Origin: an uncultured virus (IMG/VR IMGVR_UViG_3300020219_000015)
Taxonomy: Duplodnaviria > Heunggongvirae > Uroviricota > Caudoviricetes
IMG/VR virus record: IMGVR_UViG_3300020219_000015
DNA length: 64,000 nucleotides
Reading direction: 5' to 3' (one strand)
Part shown: piece by piece, positions 17,854-29,452 of the stretch
Position numbering within the stretch: the stretch's first letter is position 1
Layout of the letters: each line of letters starts with the position of its first letter
Notes under the pieces: model-generated
Told to the model about the DNA's origin: nothing
The model's input: only the letters and a program-made list of their open reading frames with translations
Databases searched by the model: none
Position numbers and translations under genes: made by a program

Positions 17854-18429
17854 ATGAGCATTAAATCACTATACCGTGAATACTTTCAGAAATCAAGGAT
17901 ATTCTTATATCCGGCTTTGGAGATTAAAAGAGGGAGTAGTGTTACTCCAATAGAGACATACATATCATGTAATGATATCATTTCTCCTAAAGATAGAAAG
18001 TTAATATGCCTGTATCATTTAAGAGATGATAAGGAGTATAAAACTTTTGAGGAACAAAAATTATTTAATAATAAATTGTTTGATGATTTTAAGGAAGCAG
18101 GAGATAACCAAGGATTATATATATTTAATTTTAATGAATATAATAAAGACTGGGATAACTTTCTTAAAGGCCAATACTCTAAAATTTCTCCTGAACTAAA
18201 GAGAAAGATCAAAGAATTCTTCAGGACTAATAATTCTAATTCTATTTATGTAGATAGCTATGTTAATCCGGATAAATATTATGATCTTTATGCAGAATTA
18301 CTAGGAGTAAATAAAGAGGTTCTTAAAGAAGTCGGAGAACTCTGCTCTGGTCCAGATCTTGAGAAAGAATCTTTAACTATTAGTATCAAACAATTAAATA
18401 ATAAACTTAAAAACAAAACACTATTATGA
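17854..18429 (+). CDS. Hypothetical protein
   Basis: 191 aa ORF in the operon. Confidence 0.75.
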   Translation: MSIKSLYREYFQKSRIFLYPALEIKRGSSVTPIETYISCNDIISPKDRKLICLYHLRDDKEYKTFEEQKLFNNKLFDDFKEAGDNQGLYIFNFNEYNKDWDNFLKGQYSKISPELKRKIKEFFRTNNSNSIYVDSYVNPDKYYDLYAELLGVNKEVLKEVGELCSGPDLEKESLTISIKQLNNKLKNKTLL

Positions 18430-18884
18430 AAGATGTAATTAAACCAACAATGTTACTTATTAATGGAGTATGGCAGAATAAACCTACATTTAATCTTATT
18501 CCGATTACTTTAGATGCTCCTTATACTGAATGTATATTTGATGTTGATTCTAAAACATTAGCTGTGATCTCTAAGACTCCTAAACAGTCTTTTCATATGC
18601 TACCTAAGTATGATGATAATGGGGATGTGCAAATGATTAAAGTTGGTAAAAGACAGAATGGAAAGCAATATAAAGAAGAAAGAAAAGCTATTGATACTTT
18701 TCAGGAATATTATGTTCTTAATCCAAAAGATATAGAGACTATTATTAATATGGTTGCTTTTAATGCTGATACTTTTGATTACAAAGTATTCATGACTGCA
18801 GCTCCTGCTCCTAAGATCTCTAATATAGAGACTAGTGATAAGAGTATAGTAACTGCTCCAGCAATTGAGATAGTAGCTAGATAA
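18426..18884 (+). CDS. Hypothetical protein
   Basis: 152 aa, ATGA-coupled. Confidence 0.75.
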   Translation: MKDVIKPTMLLINGVWQNKPTFNLIPITLDAPYTECIFDVDSKTLAVISKTPKQSFHMLPKYDDNGDVQMIKVGKRQNGKQYKEERKAIDTFQEYYVLNPKDIETIINMVAFNADTFDYKVFMTAAPAPKISNIETSDKSIVTAPAIEIVAR

Positions 18885-18904
18885 TTAATTAAATAACTGA
18901 TAAG

Positions 18905-18933
18905 AATAGCCGGGGTAATACCTGGCTATTTTT
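18905..18933 (+). terminator. Intrinsic terminator
   Basis: aatagccgggg-taata-cctggctatt followed by a T tract. Confidence 0.75.
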
Positions 18934-18950
18934 GTCTAATCTTTTTAGAT

Positions 18951-21900
18951 ATGCAGATAAATTGGGGTATGGATTATGAGACTTTATGCAATATGACTAT
19001 GCTTTATGTAGAACATTATAAAGATCAAAATATAAATAAAACTTTTGTAATACATAAATTAAGAAATGATCACGGAAAATTAGTTGAGTTTCTTGAGCAG
19101 TGTGAGATCTATAATCAATATCATATATCCTATAATGGATTAGCTTTTGATGGTCAGATAAGTCAATATATCCTGAAGAATAAAGAACATCATAAGTTCT
19201 TGGATGGGGAAACTATAGCCCGGGATATCTATGCTCATGCTCAAGAAGTAATCAGTGTTCAGACTATGGGAGATTGGTTTAATCCTAATGTATTACCTGA
19301 ATGGAAGCTAAGTATTAAACAAATAGATGTATTTAAACTAAATCACTTTGATAATCCTGCAAGAAGGTCTAGTTTGAAATGGTTACAGTATTCCATGGAC
19401 TGGCATAAACAATGTTGTGTCACTAGTTAGAAATAACTATTTAAAAAAACCTTGAATTGCTGGAAACTCCCTCATAATATGGGACAATCAGCAGCTAAGT
19501 CAGAAGTATACTTCTGAAAAGTTCAACGACTACCTGAGCAGTTTAATCTGCTTAATAACAGGAAGTAACTATATTGTAGTAATATAGTGAAACAGCGAGG
19601 TTTATCTTAATAATTATAGTATAGTATTATAATAGGTATTTCTTGCATTACGATATGTTTTAAGGATCGTTGTATAAACTACTAAGATGAAAAATTATCA
19701 AAATAAGGAATACCTAATTCAAGAGTCAATAAAGAATAGTAAAACTAATGTTCAATTAGCAAAAGAAAATAATATTTCTACTTTTTGTTTAGAATATTGG
19801 ATAAGAAAACATAAAGTATATAAAAATAAATGTAGATATACATTTAATAGTAAAAAAATGTCTTCTAAAGATAAATATTTTTGGTATTATGTAGGCTTAA
19901 TTGCAACAGATGGCTATATGTATAGTAATCATACTAGAAATACAATATGTCTTAGTTTAGTAACCGGAGGAGCTGAAAAACTATTAAATAATATTAAAAA
20001 TTATTTTGAATATACTGGAAATATTACTAGATCATTGACACAAAAAAGAAAAAATAGATTTACATTATCTATTAGTTCATTAAATATAATTAATGAAATG
20101 GAAAAATTAGGAATACCTAGATTAAATAAAACATTTAACTTAGACTTTCCTATTATATTCCCAAATGAAAATTGTAAAAGACTTTATTTTAGAGGTATAT
20201 TTGATGGTGACGGTTCCATAGGACTAAACTTCAACTATACAAAGACAAAATATATAAGTTGTAATTTTACATTTGGGTGTGCTTCTAAAAATTTTTCCAA
20301 TTCATTATATAATGAACTTATTAGTTTAGGTTATTCACCTAACTTTTGGATATCAAATAATTTTTATAATATAAAACTAAGTAGAAAACAATCAATAAAG
20401 TTTTTTAATTGGATATATAAAAAAGATTTGTTATTACTTCTTGAAGATAAATATAATAAATATAAAATAATTAAAGATAATGATATAGTCTACTCCTAAC
20501 AAATGATAAATGTTAGGTAGCATAAGAACATGCAAGAAATGCCGATTAGTCATACTAGTGAGATAACCACTATGGATGAGATTAATACAGTGATTAGCTA
20601 TTGTATTAATGATGTTAAGAGCACCCTGGAAGTATATAGAAGATCCAAGTCTTTATTAGAGGTGAGAATGCTTGTGAAGGAGAAATATGCATTAAACTGT
20701 TATAGTTATTCTAATACTAAAATGGGTAGTGAGCTCTTACTTAAGCTTTATTGTGATAAGACCGGATATAATAAATATGATATTAAAAAGAGTAAAACTA
20801 GTAGAGATAATGGTATAAATGTAGGAGAGATTTTATTTCCATACATTCAGTTTAAGTCTATGGATTTTACCGGGTTTCATGAGATGTTAAAGAAGAAGGT
20901 AATAATTAATACAAAAGGAGACTTCAAGTATTCTGTTAAATTTATGGGATATAAATTTGACTATGGTACAGGAGGAATTCATCAGTGTATTAAGTCTGGT
21001 ATTTATACAGAAGATAATGATTATGTAATAAAAGATCTTGATGTAGCTGGTCTGTATCCTAGTATAGCATGTGCTAATGGAATGTATCCGGCCCATCTTG
21101 GAAAGGAGTTTTTTCAAGTATATAAAAGTGATATAGTAGATGTTAGATTAGATGAAAAAGCAAAAGGTAAAGAAGGAAATAAAGCCATAATAGAGGGGTA
21201 TAAAGAAGCAGCTAATGCAAGCTATGGTAATAGTAATAATAAATTTAGCTGGTTATTTGATCCTCAGTACACTATGCAGACTACAATTAATGGCCAGTTA
21301 ATGCTTACCATGTTAGCTGAAGAATTATTACTCTCTTTAAGTGATTGTCAGCTTCTTCAGATAAACACAGATGGTATGACTTTTAGGTTAAAGAAAACCG
21401 ATCTAGATAAGTATAATGAGATCTGTAAGAATTGGGAGATTATAACCAAATTAAAACTTGAGTTTGCTGATTACTCTTCTATGTTTATCCGGGATGTGAA
21501 TAATTATATTGCTGTATATACTAATGGTAAGTATAAATGTAAGGGGGCTTTTGAATTTGAGAACTTACCTTTGTATAAAAATAAGAGTTTTCTTATTATA
21601 CCAAAAGCAGTCTTTAATTTCTTTGTAAATAATATTACTCCGGAAAACTACCTGGCATCTAATAGAAATATTTTCGATTATTGTGGTGGAGTAAAGGCTA
21701 CCGGTGATTGGAAATTTCAGGAGACTTCTATAGTAGATAGAGAAATTAAAGTAAGAACTCTATCTAAAATAGTTAGGTATTATGTTACTAATTCTGGAGG
21801 TAAGATTGTTAAACATAACTCAGTAGATGGTAGAGATATTCAAATAGAGGCCGGATCCTGGTTACAACAGGAGTTTAATCAGTATGTAGACAAACCTTGG

Positions 21901-21999
21901 GAGGAATATAATATTAATGAAGACTATTATCTTGAAAAGATTTATCAAGAGATAGCAAGTATTAGTCCACCGATAACTTCACAATTAACTTTATTCTAA
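18951..21999 (+). CDS. polB: Family B DNA polymerase; exons 18951-19406 and 20527-21999 (642 aa spliced)
   Basis: Exonuclease motifs DYE, YNGLAFD and YCINDV; polymerase motifs DVAGLYPS, KEAANASYG and NTDG; junction SMDWH|NMQEMP is in frame. Confidence 0.92.
19407..20526 (+). mobile_element. Group I intron in the DNA polymerase gene
   Basis: P1: exon tggcat pairs with gtgtca (U-G at the splice site). P10: atgtt pairs with aacat. Core gaattgctggaa, aatcagcagct, ttcaacgacta and gatatagtct. Terminal G at 20526. Confidence 0.93.
19687..20499 (+). CDS. Intron-encoded LAGLIDADG homing endonuclease
   Basis: Two motifs, YVGLIATDG and FRGIFDGDGS, plus an N-terminal HTH-like segment. Confidence 0.9.
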   Translation: MKNYQNKEYLIQESIKNSKTNVQLAKENNISTFCLEYWIRKHKVYKNKCRYTFNSKKMSSKDKYFWYYVGLIATDGYMYSNHTRNTICLSLVTGGAEKLLNNIKNYFEYTGNITRSLTQKRKNRFTLSISSLNIINEMEKLGIPRLNKTFNLDFPIIFPNENCKRLYFRGIFDGDGSIGLNFNYTKTKYISCNFTFGCASKNFSNSLYNELISLGYSPNFWISNNFYNIKLSRKQSIKFFNWIYKKDLLLLLEDKYNKYKIIKDNDIVYS

Positions 22000-22133
22000 T
22001 GAATAAATGGATTCTAACTCATGTATTTCTTACATCTAATGGAAGTAAATGGACTACTATATATAATCCTATCATGGATGGTGATATTGAATATTTTATA
22101 TTTCATCCTAATTGTATAGTATTAGATCTTTAA
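21999..22133 (+). CDS. Possible small protein (44 aa)
   Basis: TAATG overlap with the polB stop; MNKWILTHVF...CIVLDL*. Confidence 0.4.
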   Translation: MNKWILTHVFLTSNGSKWTTIYNPIMDGDIEYFIFHPNCIVLDL

Positions 22134-22160
22134 TAAAAACTTTTAATAACAAATAAAATT

Positions 22161-23423
22161 ATGGCAGCAAGAGCTTCAGTAACAACAAAGGAATATTTAA
22201 GTAGTGTTCCTTTACCAACTTATCAAGGTAAATATACCGTGATTAGTCATCAACATATTATTGATACTACTAAGAAATTATTAGAAGATCAAGGATTGGT
22301 AGTAGATAAAGAATTATATAAATGTAGTAAGGATGGAGATATTGCAATAGGTAGATATCATATTGTAGATAGTCAAGATCCTGAAATGGGAATGATGTTT
22401 GCCTGGGGTAATAGTTATAATAAACAAATGAAATTTAAGTGTGCTATAGGGGCTCACTTATTTGTTTGTGATAATGGAATGATAGCAGGAGATCTAGCTA
22501 GTTATGGCCGGAAACATATGGGAGGTGCATTACAAGAGTGTACAGATACTATTCAATATCAGATAGTAAATGCTAATAACTACTATACTCAATTGATCAG
22601 TGACAAGAAAAACATGAAAGATGTTATTGTTCCTGAAAAAGTAAGAGCTGAACTATTAGGTAGATTATTATTTGAACATAGAGCTTTAACTCTTAATCAA
22701 GCTGGGGAAATCTATCATGAGATAGAGAAACCTAGTTTTGATTATAATGCAGATAAAGATAGTCTATGGACAATGTATAATCATATTACACTAAGTCTTA
22801 AGAAATCTCATCCTAAATTCTGGATGGATCAACAAAGACAAATTCACTGGTTCTTATGTAGTGAGTTTGGTATAGGTACTTATGCTGTATCTAATATGGC
22901 TAGACCAACACCTAGTCCTGTAACTCCTAGTATTATGATTAATCCAGTTCCTGTAAAGGATGCCTTTGATCCAAATCAAATAACTATTGATCAAGTAATT
23001 CGGGAAGTTGAATTAGAGGAGGTTCCTACTCATGAGGATGTAGTAGAACTACAAGATCTAAATAATGCTATAGCATCTATGGTAGTACAAGATGAATTTT
23101 CTGAAGAAGTTAATAAAGAACTTGAAGAAATGTCTCATCACTCTATGCTCAATTCTCCAGATCTATTTAATAAAATAGAGGACACCTCTGAAGAAAATGA
23201 TCTAACTCTTGAACAAATAGAGGAAATGGAAAAAGATCCGGAACCAATAGTTAGAAAATCTAGTATACTAAGTCCTGAAGAACAAGAAGCAGAAAGAATA
23301 TCACAAGAAGAGAGTGGACTTAGCCAGGAACAACTTGATCAGATAGAAGCTAATATCAAAGCTGCTAGAGCAGAAAAAGATGGTAATACCTCATTAGAAT
23401 CAAAAATAGATTTTAACTTGTAA
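22161..23423 (+). CDS. DUF932-like protein with a long acidic tail
   Basis: YTVISH, NSYNK, GAHLFVCDNGMI and SLWTMYNHIT; E/D-rich C-terminus. Confidence 0.7.
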   Translation: MAARASVTTKEYLSSVPLPTYQGKYTVISHQHIIDTTKKLLEDQGLVVDKELYKCSKDGDIAIGRYHIVDSQDPEMGMMFAWGNSYNKQMKFKCAIGAHLFVCDNGMIAGDLASYGRKHMGGALQECTDTIQYQIVNANNYYTQLISDKKNMKDVIVPEKVRAELLGRLLFEHRALTLNQAGEIYHEIEKPSFDYNADKDSLWTMYNHITLSLKKSHPKFWMDQQRQIHWFLCSEFGIGTYAVSNMARPTPSPVTPSIMINPVPVKDAFDPNQITIDQVIREVELEEVPTHEDVVELQDLNNAIASMVVQDEFSEEVNKELEEMSHHSMLNSPDLFNKIEDTSEENDLTLEQIEEMEKDPEPIVRKSSILSPEEQEAERISQEESGLSQEQLDQIEANIKAARAEKDGNTSLESKIDFNL

Positions 23424-23451
23424 ACTTGTCCTGCAATTAATTGGATAGAAG

Positions 23452-23658
23452 ATGACACTAATGGCAAACCAAAGATCACATACACCACTTGTGACAAATA
23501 GAGATAAATGTATAGGCTATAAGCTTATAGTAAGATATCCTAATTGTAATTATAAAGTAGGAGATTTTGTACCATATACAACTGGAGCATTTTCAGAATA
23601 TCCTGGAGTATGGAAAGCACTTTATGAGAAAGATATAGTTGATGCAGATTCTATTTAA
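23452..23658 (+). CDS. Small hypothetical protein
   Basis: Last gene of the + strand block. Confidence 0.55.
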   Translation: MTLMANQRSHTPLVTNRDKCIGYKLIVRYPNCNYKVGDFVPYTTGAFSEYPGVWKALYEKDIVDADSI

Positions 23659-23661
23659 GTT

Positions 23662-23702
23662 AAAGGGCTATGGAGGATTTATTCCCCTATAGCCCTTTTT
23701 TT
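23662..23702. terminator. Terminator between the convergent gene blocks
   Basis: aaagggctatggagga...tcccctatagccctttttt. Confidence 0.8.
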
Positions 23703-23725
23703 ACTTTCCTCGTTAAGTATATTAA

Positions 23726-26700
23726 CTATTTTCTAGTCTGTATAGATTGGAAGTTCTTGATTGCCATCACTGGATCCATGGTAGTTCCTGTTATACCTAC
23801 AGTTTTGGCTAAGTGATTCCAGAACTTAGCTGATTCTTCTTTCTGCCATTGATAAGGACCTACATCTCTTTTGTAATAAGCTGCTTCATTACCTACAGCT
23901 GCATTAGTTAAATCCTGAGCCATATTAGTATAAGCTGCTATAGTAGGACCTAGCATTACTGATTTCCAGTCTAGTGCTTGAACATATTCTTTTAAACCCA
24001 AACCTGGTATTGGTAACCATTGTTGGTTCTCAGCTCTTATCTGCATTAATAGATTAAGTGATTGATTAGATAGAAATCCAGATACTTCAAAAGGATGATT
24101 GGGATCTTCTACTCCCGGAAAAGGGAGTGCCCCTGATTTAGCCCTGAGTTTCTCATATCTGTCTTTATCATCTGAATCCCAATCAAAGAATAGATTAGCT
24201 ATTAATGTCATACCTATTAGCTGACCTACTTCTACAAACATTCTAGTTACTGCTCTCTTCTCTCTTGGTGATAACCACTGAGCTCCTTTTCCTGCAGTAG
24301 AAAGAGTCTTCCAAAAAGCAGATAAAGCATCTAAATAGAATCCCCGGGTATTTTCTCCTAGACCCACATTAACTCTCTCTGGTGCCCATCTATTAGCTGC
24401 CATAGCAGGAAGATATCTTCTCATGAAAGCAATCATTCTATAGACTAGAAATCTAGAAGCTAATGGTGAATCAAATTTAGAAAATGCACCATTTAGATTG
24501 TTGTTTACTGTCTGAACTAGTGTTCTGAAGTCTGTATATTGTTTACCTCCTATATTCCAAGATGGATCTATCCCGGGCTTTACAGTTAACTGACCATCTA
24601 CTAATTGCCATGCATCTATATATGATATCTCTTTAGTAGAGCCATCTGGTTGAGTTTGATTGATCTTCTGATGATACATCATTCCTCCAAAAAGACCCAG
24701 AGTTGCATTTAACTCTGTCCACTTTCTTGGAGAATATAACCAGCTCATATTAACTGTATCTTTAAATAAAGATCTAGATATAGACTGGCCATATGTTTCT
24801 TGAAACCTAGTAGATGATGGATCAAATATTTCAACTAACTGAATATCTAGCCTCTTAGGAGCATGCTTATATATTTGAAATGATATCTGTAAAGATACTT
24901 TTCCAGACCATGCTATACCTTGATGATAGGTAATAGGATTAAGATATCTTCCTGCAGATGCTTCTATCATATTCTGAACCATAGCTGAGAAAGAGTTCTT
25001 CAGTGCTGATGGTATATTCATAGCAAAGAATCCAAAGGCTGCTGACTTAAATAAAGTTCCAGTAGCTGCTTCTAATCCTTTGGCATCTTTAAACCAGCCG
25101 GCATTAGTCTGGCCATGGAATTCTCTTTCTATAAGAGCAGTAGCTACTTGTTCTCTAACTGATCTGCCTTTTCTTGTAATATATGTTCTAACACCTCTTT
25201 GAAGGAGATTATCTTTATTAACTTTGGTCATGTCTTTAACTCCTTGTTCAGTAAGTATAGACTGAAGGGCCTTAGCCATGGGATTCATTTCAATCAACTT
25301 CTTTTGTCTTTCACCGGATAACATGTACCTCATCATAGATTGGGTAACATCTAATGATACCTGATCTAGATCTAGTTTATATAAACCGGCAATTGGAATA
25401 CTTGATAGTTCATTATCAAACATATCAGCTTTAACCAGAGTAAACTTATCCTGCCAGTTTTGACCTTCTTCAAAGTCATCTTCAGAGTGCTTGAAATAAC
25501 TTTTAACCTTATCCCACCAACTAGTAATAGCACTTCTTGCCCCATTAGGTCTTTGAAGTATCTCTAAGTTATGTGGTCTAAATCTAGGTATATCATAATA
25601 TAATCTGCTACTAGATACTTTATCTGATTGAGTGACTATATGAAATTCTTTGATCTTCTCCATAGCTTTGAACAGCTTTGGATTTTCTTTCTCAAGATCA
25701 AAATAGTCTTGATTGATATATCTATTATCCGGTGCTCCTTGAGATTTAGATTTTGGTAAGAAGTTTCCTCTCTTGCCTAAGTTATCCACAGTTTTTCCTA
25801 CTATTCTAGCTGTCTTCCATTCATCCTTTACTGCTCTTGTGAAATACTTCAAAGTGGGTACTCCCTTTATTCTTTCTATAGTATTGCCGACATCATCTTT
25901 TAGATCCGTAGTCTCAATAAATCTGGTATCATTAGGTTTAACCACATTCCATATATGAAGTCTCTCCCAGGTAGGTTCTGATTCCTGAGTCTGAGGATTG
26001 TATTTGTTCTTTCTGATGTGATTTTTTTCAAACCAGGTTTTAAAATCTTCACTTTGAGAAAGTAGAGTATTGATAATATGATCTGATATAGTTGCATCTG
26101 CAGACTTCTTATCTATGATCCTGGAACCAGTTTCTAAAAATAGAGTATTGGTATCTAATTTAGTAAGATAATTATTAAATATATCTACATAATAATCTGT
26201 TGCTTCTTTGTGTTGTAACTCTGCTAATTCTGCAAAGAGGGCATTTAGTTCAGCTTTCTCAAACTTATTAAGGCCCAGTCTATCTTTCTTAGATAGTAAC
26301 TCATTCATTAGTTCTCTATCTTCTGGAGATAGTTTTTCACCAGTCTTAATCTTTTCAAAGAACTGACCTAGTTCATTCATCTCTAATGTAGTGAGACCAC
26401 TAAATCCTGCAAAGACTTCTCTTGCTTTATTGATTTGTTCTTGTCTTTCTTTAACCAGAGCTATTCTGCCTTCTGACATAGATGATCCTTGTGGCTGACC
26501 ATCCTGATCTCTAAATCCGGAGATAGCTTCATTGATATCATTCCATGCCTGAGTTATATCTACTTGGTTTTTTATATTAGAAGGAAGTTTAGCCATGATA
26601 GGCTGTATCTTATCAAAGATCTCCTTTCTTAATAAATAAAAATCTGGTTTAATAATAGTTCTGGTATTTTTATCTATCCAGTCTTGTCTGGTATTCTGAA

Positions 26701-29449
26701 ACTGTAAGCTGTCTCTTGGAGTGCCTTTGTCTACTAGTTGTTGCTCAAAGTTGGCCAGTGCATTCTGAAATACCCCGGGTCTTTCTTTCCACTCATAGAA
26801 ATCCCATGAGACCTCTCTGTGTTGTTTTAATATATTAACTTTCTCAAGTTCTCTACCTGATTTCTTATTTCCATTAAGATCTATTGAAGAATATAATTGT
26901 CTGTATTCTCTCCAGAGTTGGTCTAACTGTTCTGTTGCATTATACTCATCTAATTCATCATTAACAGTCTCATTTACTTCTCTGACTTTGTTTAGTAATT
27001 CTGCTCTCTCTTGTGCTGCTTCTGCTCCAATAGGACTCTCAAACAAAATCTCTCTATCATAAAATTCTTCTTTATATTCCTGATGAAAGAATTGTCTTAG
27101 ATGTTTTTTGTAAGCTATTCTTAGTTCAGATAGTTTAGAATAATCTTTAGTCTTGTTAGCACTAGCTTGTTCTTTATCTATCTCATCTACTAGTTTAGCC
27201 AACTCATACCGGTAATCTTTAAATGGATTAAGAAAAGTATAAACTTGTTTCTGAGTAAAGTTTCCTTGATCATCCTGACCACCTATATTATCAATAAATG
27301 TAATAGACTTTCCTAGTTCAGCAACATTACTTGGATTATATCCTGCTTCTTTTAGTAAAGGCCCTACTTCTTTAACAAAGTTATTATACTTGATCTGGGC
27401 TTTATTCTCAACCTCAGTCATATTATTTTTAACAAATAATGAAAAGCCGGCTATAATAGGATCTTTACTATAGATAGGTCCTTCAAGGAATCCATTGAAT
27501 GCTGCAGCATCTCCTAATTCTCCATTTAGTAATTGCTCTAGTTTTTCTGGAGTGATCTTTACTTCCTCATATCTTTTTTTGTGACCATCTATTACTATTT
27601 TAGATGCTCCCTTCTTTTCAAGATGAGATATCAACTCTGTATAGTTCTCATCTATCTTAGCTGCAGTATCTTTAACAGTGGTCCATAGAATATCCCTAAC
27701 CCCCTTTTTATTTACGTCTTTAACTATTTTATCTCCTACATTTAGTTGAGCTTGTATAGATGTTAGTAATTTATATAATGGATTATTAACTTCTATTCCA
27801 CTTTGATTAAGTTCATTAATACCTTCAGCTGTGTATTTTTTCCAGTAGTCTATAAATTTATTATAGTAATTGATCTTATGTAAGTTGTCTACACTATCCA
27901 AGTTCTTAGATACATTCTCAAGTTCAGTAATCATATTCTTAGCAATAAACTCTAGTCTGAATAAACTAGATGTCATATTACTCATATGAGAGTTTACATA
28001 ATTGAAATCATCTTTAAGCTTTTCTATATCCTTAATTAGGGTAGTTTTATAAGTAGATAAGTTACTCTTGATTTCAGCTAACTGATTTCTACCAAACTGA
28101 TCCTTCAGGATGTCTAGCATTCCCTTGTAATCTTTATTAGATATAAGACTATCTAATTGTTGAGATACTCCGGCTGATAATTTATCAGTAAGACTTTGAA
28201 GTGTTGTATCCTCTAGTTTCTTTAGAGTATCTATAAATTCTTTTTGATCTCTGGCATAAGCTACTACATCATTTTGGTTAATAAGCTCAGTATCTATTTG
28301 GAAACTGTCGTTTACTAACATCTTTCCTAACTGATCTAGACTAGTATTAACATCTAGATTTTCTACTTTTACTTTACCAAATACTTTTCTTAGCATTTGT
28401 TTAATAGAGTAAAGAATATTCTTAATAGTATCTATAAATCCTTTTGATTCGGGAATAGAGTTTAACTGATTTTTAGCAGATAACTGAAGTGATCTTACTA
28501 TAACTTCTTCTTTATATAAATCATCAGTTTTAGCTAACTCAGGATATAGATCATTTACAGTAGCTATAATAGTAGCCCCTTCTGAAGTAGTTAATACTTT
28601 ATTATATAAGTTATTAAATAGTTCTGGATTTTGTTTAGATATAGCTCTAACTAAAGGATGGCCGAATTCATGGAGTACTATATCTGTAGTTAATCTATTA
28701 TCAATAAAATAAACTTTAGCTCCTATATAAAATGCCGGTTCTCCATTCCAAGGAGTTCTAGCATCTTTAGTAAGCATTTCTGCTTCTTGCTCAGATATGA
28801 TATGATAGTCTACACCTAACAGTGTAGCTAATCTTTGAGCTATTTTATTAGCTATTTCTACTGCCCAGGCATTGTTAACCTCTATAGGATCTAGTTCAAT
28901 AGGATCCTTTGGAATCATAGGATCATTTTCTTCATACTCTATGGGATCACTTGAAGTAACAGGTTCCCTATAAAACATAGAAGCTTGAGTTCCTGTATTA
29001 GGTCTTTGACTTGGTACAGGTTCGGCTACTCTTTCATTTAGAACTACCTTATAGATTCTTCTTCCACCTGCTCCTGTTTTCTGTTCTGTTATTGGTTTTA
29101 TCTCAGCTATCTTATAGCCATACTCTCTATAAAGTTGGTTAACTACTTTTTGAGCAGCTGCATAACCATGTTGTTTCACAAATAATATTCCATTCTTTTT
29201 AGATATTCCTCCAGAGTCTACTAATCTTTTCTCTAGAACATTCTCTTGTTTTTGTAATACTGGCCTTGGAATAGATATACTATTGACAACTGTAGTTCCT
29301 GTAATAGGATCTCTTTTAGCTAATACTTCTTCTGGAGTTCTGATCTCTCCATTATACTCCATAAAGTCTCTATAGGCTTCATGTTCACCTACAACATTTA
29401 CAAGATCTTTCCACTCCTTTAAATTTTTGTTAGGGCAAATTAAACTCAT
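23726..29449 (-). CDS. Giant virion ejection protein (1907 aa) with a zincin-like domain
   Basis: HEFGH...EE motif, largely helical, adjacent to the virion RNAP. Confidence 0.8.
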   Translation of the reverse strand: MSLICPNKNLKEWKDLVNVVGEHEAYRDFMEYNGEIRTPEEVLAKRDPITGTTVVNSISIPRPVLQKQENVLEKRLVDSGGISKKNGILFVKQHGYAAAQKVVNQLYREYGYKIAEIKPITEQKTGAGGRRIYKVVLNERVAEPVPSQRPNTGTQASMFYREPVTSSDPIEYEENDPMIPKDPIELDPIEVNNAWAVEIANKIAQRLATLLGVDYHIISEQEAEMLTKDARTPWNGEPAFYIGAKVYFIDNRLTTDIVLHEFGHPLVRAISKQNPELFNNLYNKVLTTSEGATIIATVNDLYPELAKTDDLYKEEVIVRSLQLSAKNQLNSIPESKGFIDTIKNILYSIKQMLRKVFGKVKVENLDVNTSLDQLGKMLVNDSFQIDTELINQNDVVAYARDQKEFIDTLKKLEDTTLQSLTDKLSAGVSQQLDSLISNKDYKGMLDILKDQFGRNQLAEIKSNLSTYKTTLIKDIEKLKDDFNYVNSHMSNMTSSLFRLEFIAKNMITELENVSKNLDSVDNLHKINYYNKFIDYWKKYTAEGINELNQSGIEVNNPLYKLLTSIQAQLNVGDKIVKDVNKKGVRDILWTTVKDTAAKIDENYTELISHLEKKGASKIVIDGHKKRYEEVKITPEKLEQLLNGELGDAAAFNGFLEGPIYSKDPIIAGFSLFVKNNMTEVENKAQIKYNNFVKEVGPLLKEAGYNPSNVAELGKSITFIDNIGGQDDQGNFTQKQVYTFLNPFKDYRYELAKLVDEIDKEQASANKTKDYSKLSELRIAYKKHLRQFFHQEYKEEFYDREILFESPIGAEAAQERAELLNKVREVNETVNDELDEYNATEQLDQLWREYRQLYSSIDLNGNKKSGRELEKVNILKQHREVSWDFYEWKERPGVFQNALANFEQQLVDKGTPRDSLQFQNTRQDWIDKNTRTIIKPDFYLLRKEIFDKIQPIMAKLPSNIKNQVDITQAWNDINEAISGFRDQDGQPQGSSMSEGRIALVKERQEQINKAREVFAGFSGLTTLEMNELGQFFEKIKTGEKLSPEDRELMNELLSKKDRLGLNKFEKAELNALFAELAELQHKEATDYYVDIFNNYLTKLDTNTLFLETGSRIIDKKSADATISDHIINTLLSQSEDFKTWFEKNHIRKNKYNPQTQESEPTWERLHIWNVVKPNDTRFIETTDLKDDVGNTIERIKGVPTLKYFTRAVKDEWKTARIVGKTVDNLGKRGNFLPKSKSQGAPDNRYINQDYFDLEKENPKLFKAMEKIKEFHIVTQSDKVSSSRLYYDIPRFRPHNLEILQRPNGARSAITSWWDKVKSYFKHSEDDFEEGQNWQDKFTLVKADMFDNELSSIPIAGLYKLDLDQVSLDVTQSMMRYMLSGERQKKLIEMNPMAKALQSILTEQGVKDMTKVNKDNLLQRGVRTYITRKGRSVREQVATALIEREFHGQTNAGWFKDAKGLEAATGTLFKSAAFGFFAMNIPSALKNSFSAMVQNMIEASAGRYLNPITYHQGIAWSGKVSLQISFQIYKHAPKRLDIQLVEIFDPSSTRFQETYGQSISRSLFKDTVNMSWLYSPRKWTELNATLGLFGGMMYHQKINQTQPDGSTKEISYIDAWQLVDGQLTVKPGIDPSWNIGGKQYTDFRTLVQTVNNNLNGAFSKFDSPLASRFLVYRMIAFMRRYLPAMAANRWAPERVNVGLGENTRGFYLDALSAFWKTLSTAGKGAQWLSPREKRAVTRMFVEVGQLIGMTLIANLFFDWDSDDKDRYEKLRAKSGALPFPGVEDPNHPFEVSGFLSNQSLNLLMQIRAENQQWLPIPGLGLKEYVQALDWKSVMLGPTIAAYTNMAQDLTNAAVGNEAAYYKRDVGPYQWQKEESAKFWNHLAKTVGITGTTMDPVMAIKNFQSIQTRK

Positions 29450-29452
29450 AGA

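Noticed and set aside
12150..21999. Treating 12150-12383, 13421-14410, 18951-19430 and 20530-21999 as four genes or as pseudogenes
   Set aside because: They are exon pairs that join in frame once the introns are removed.
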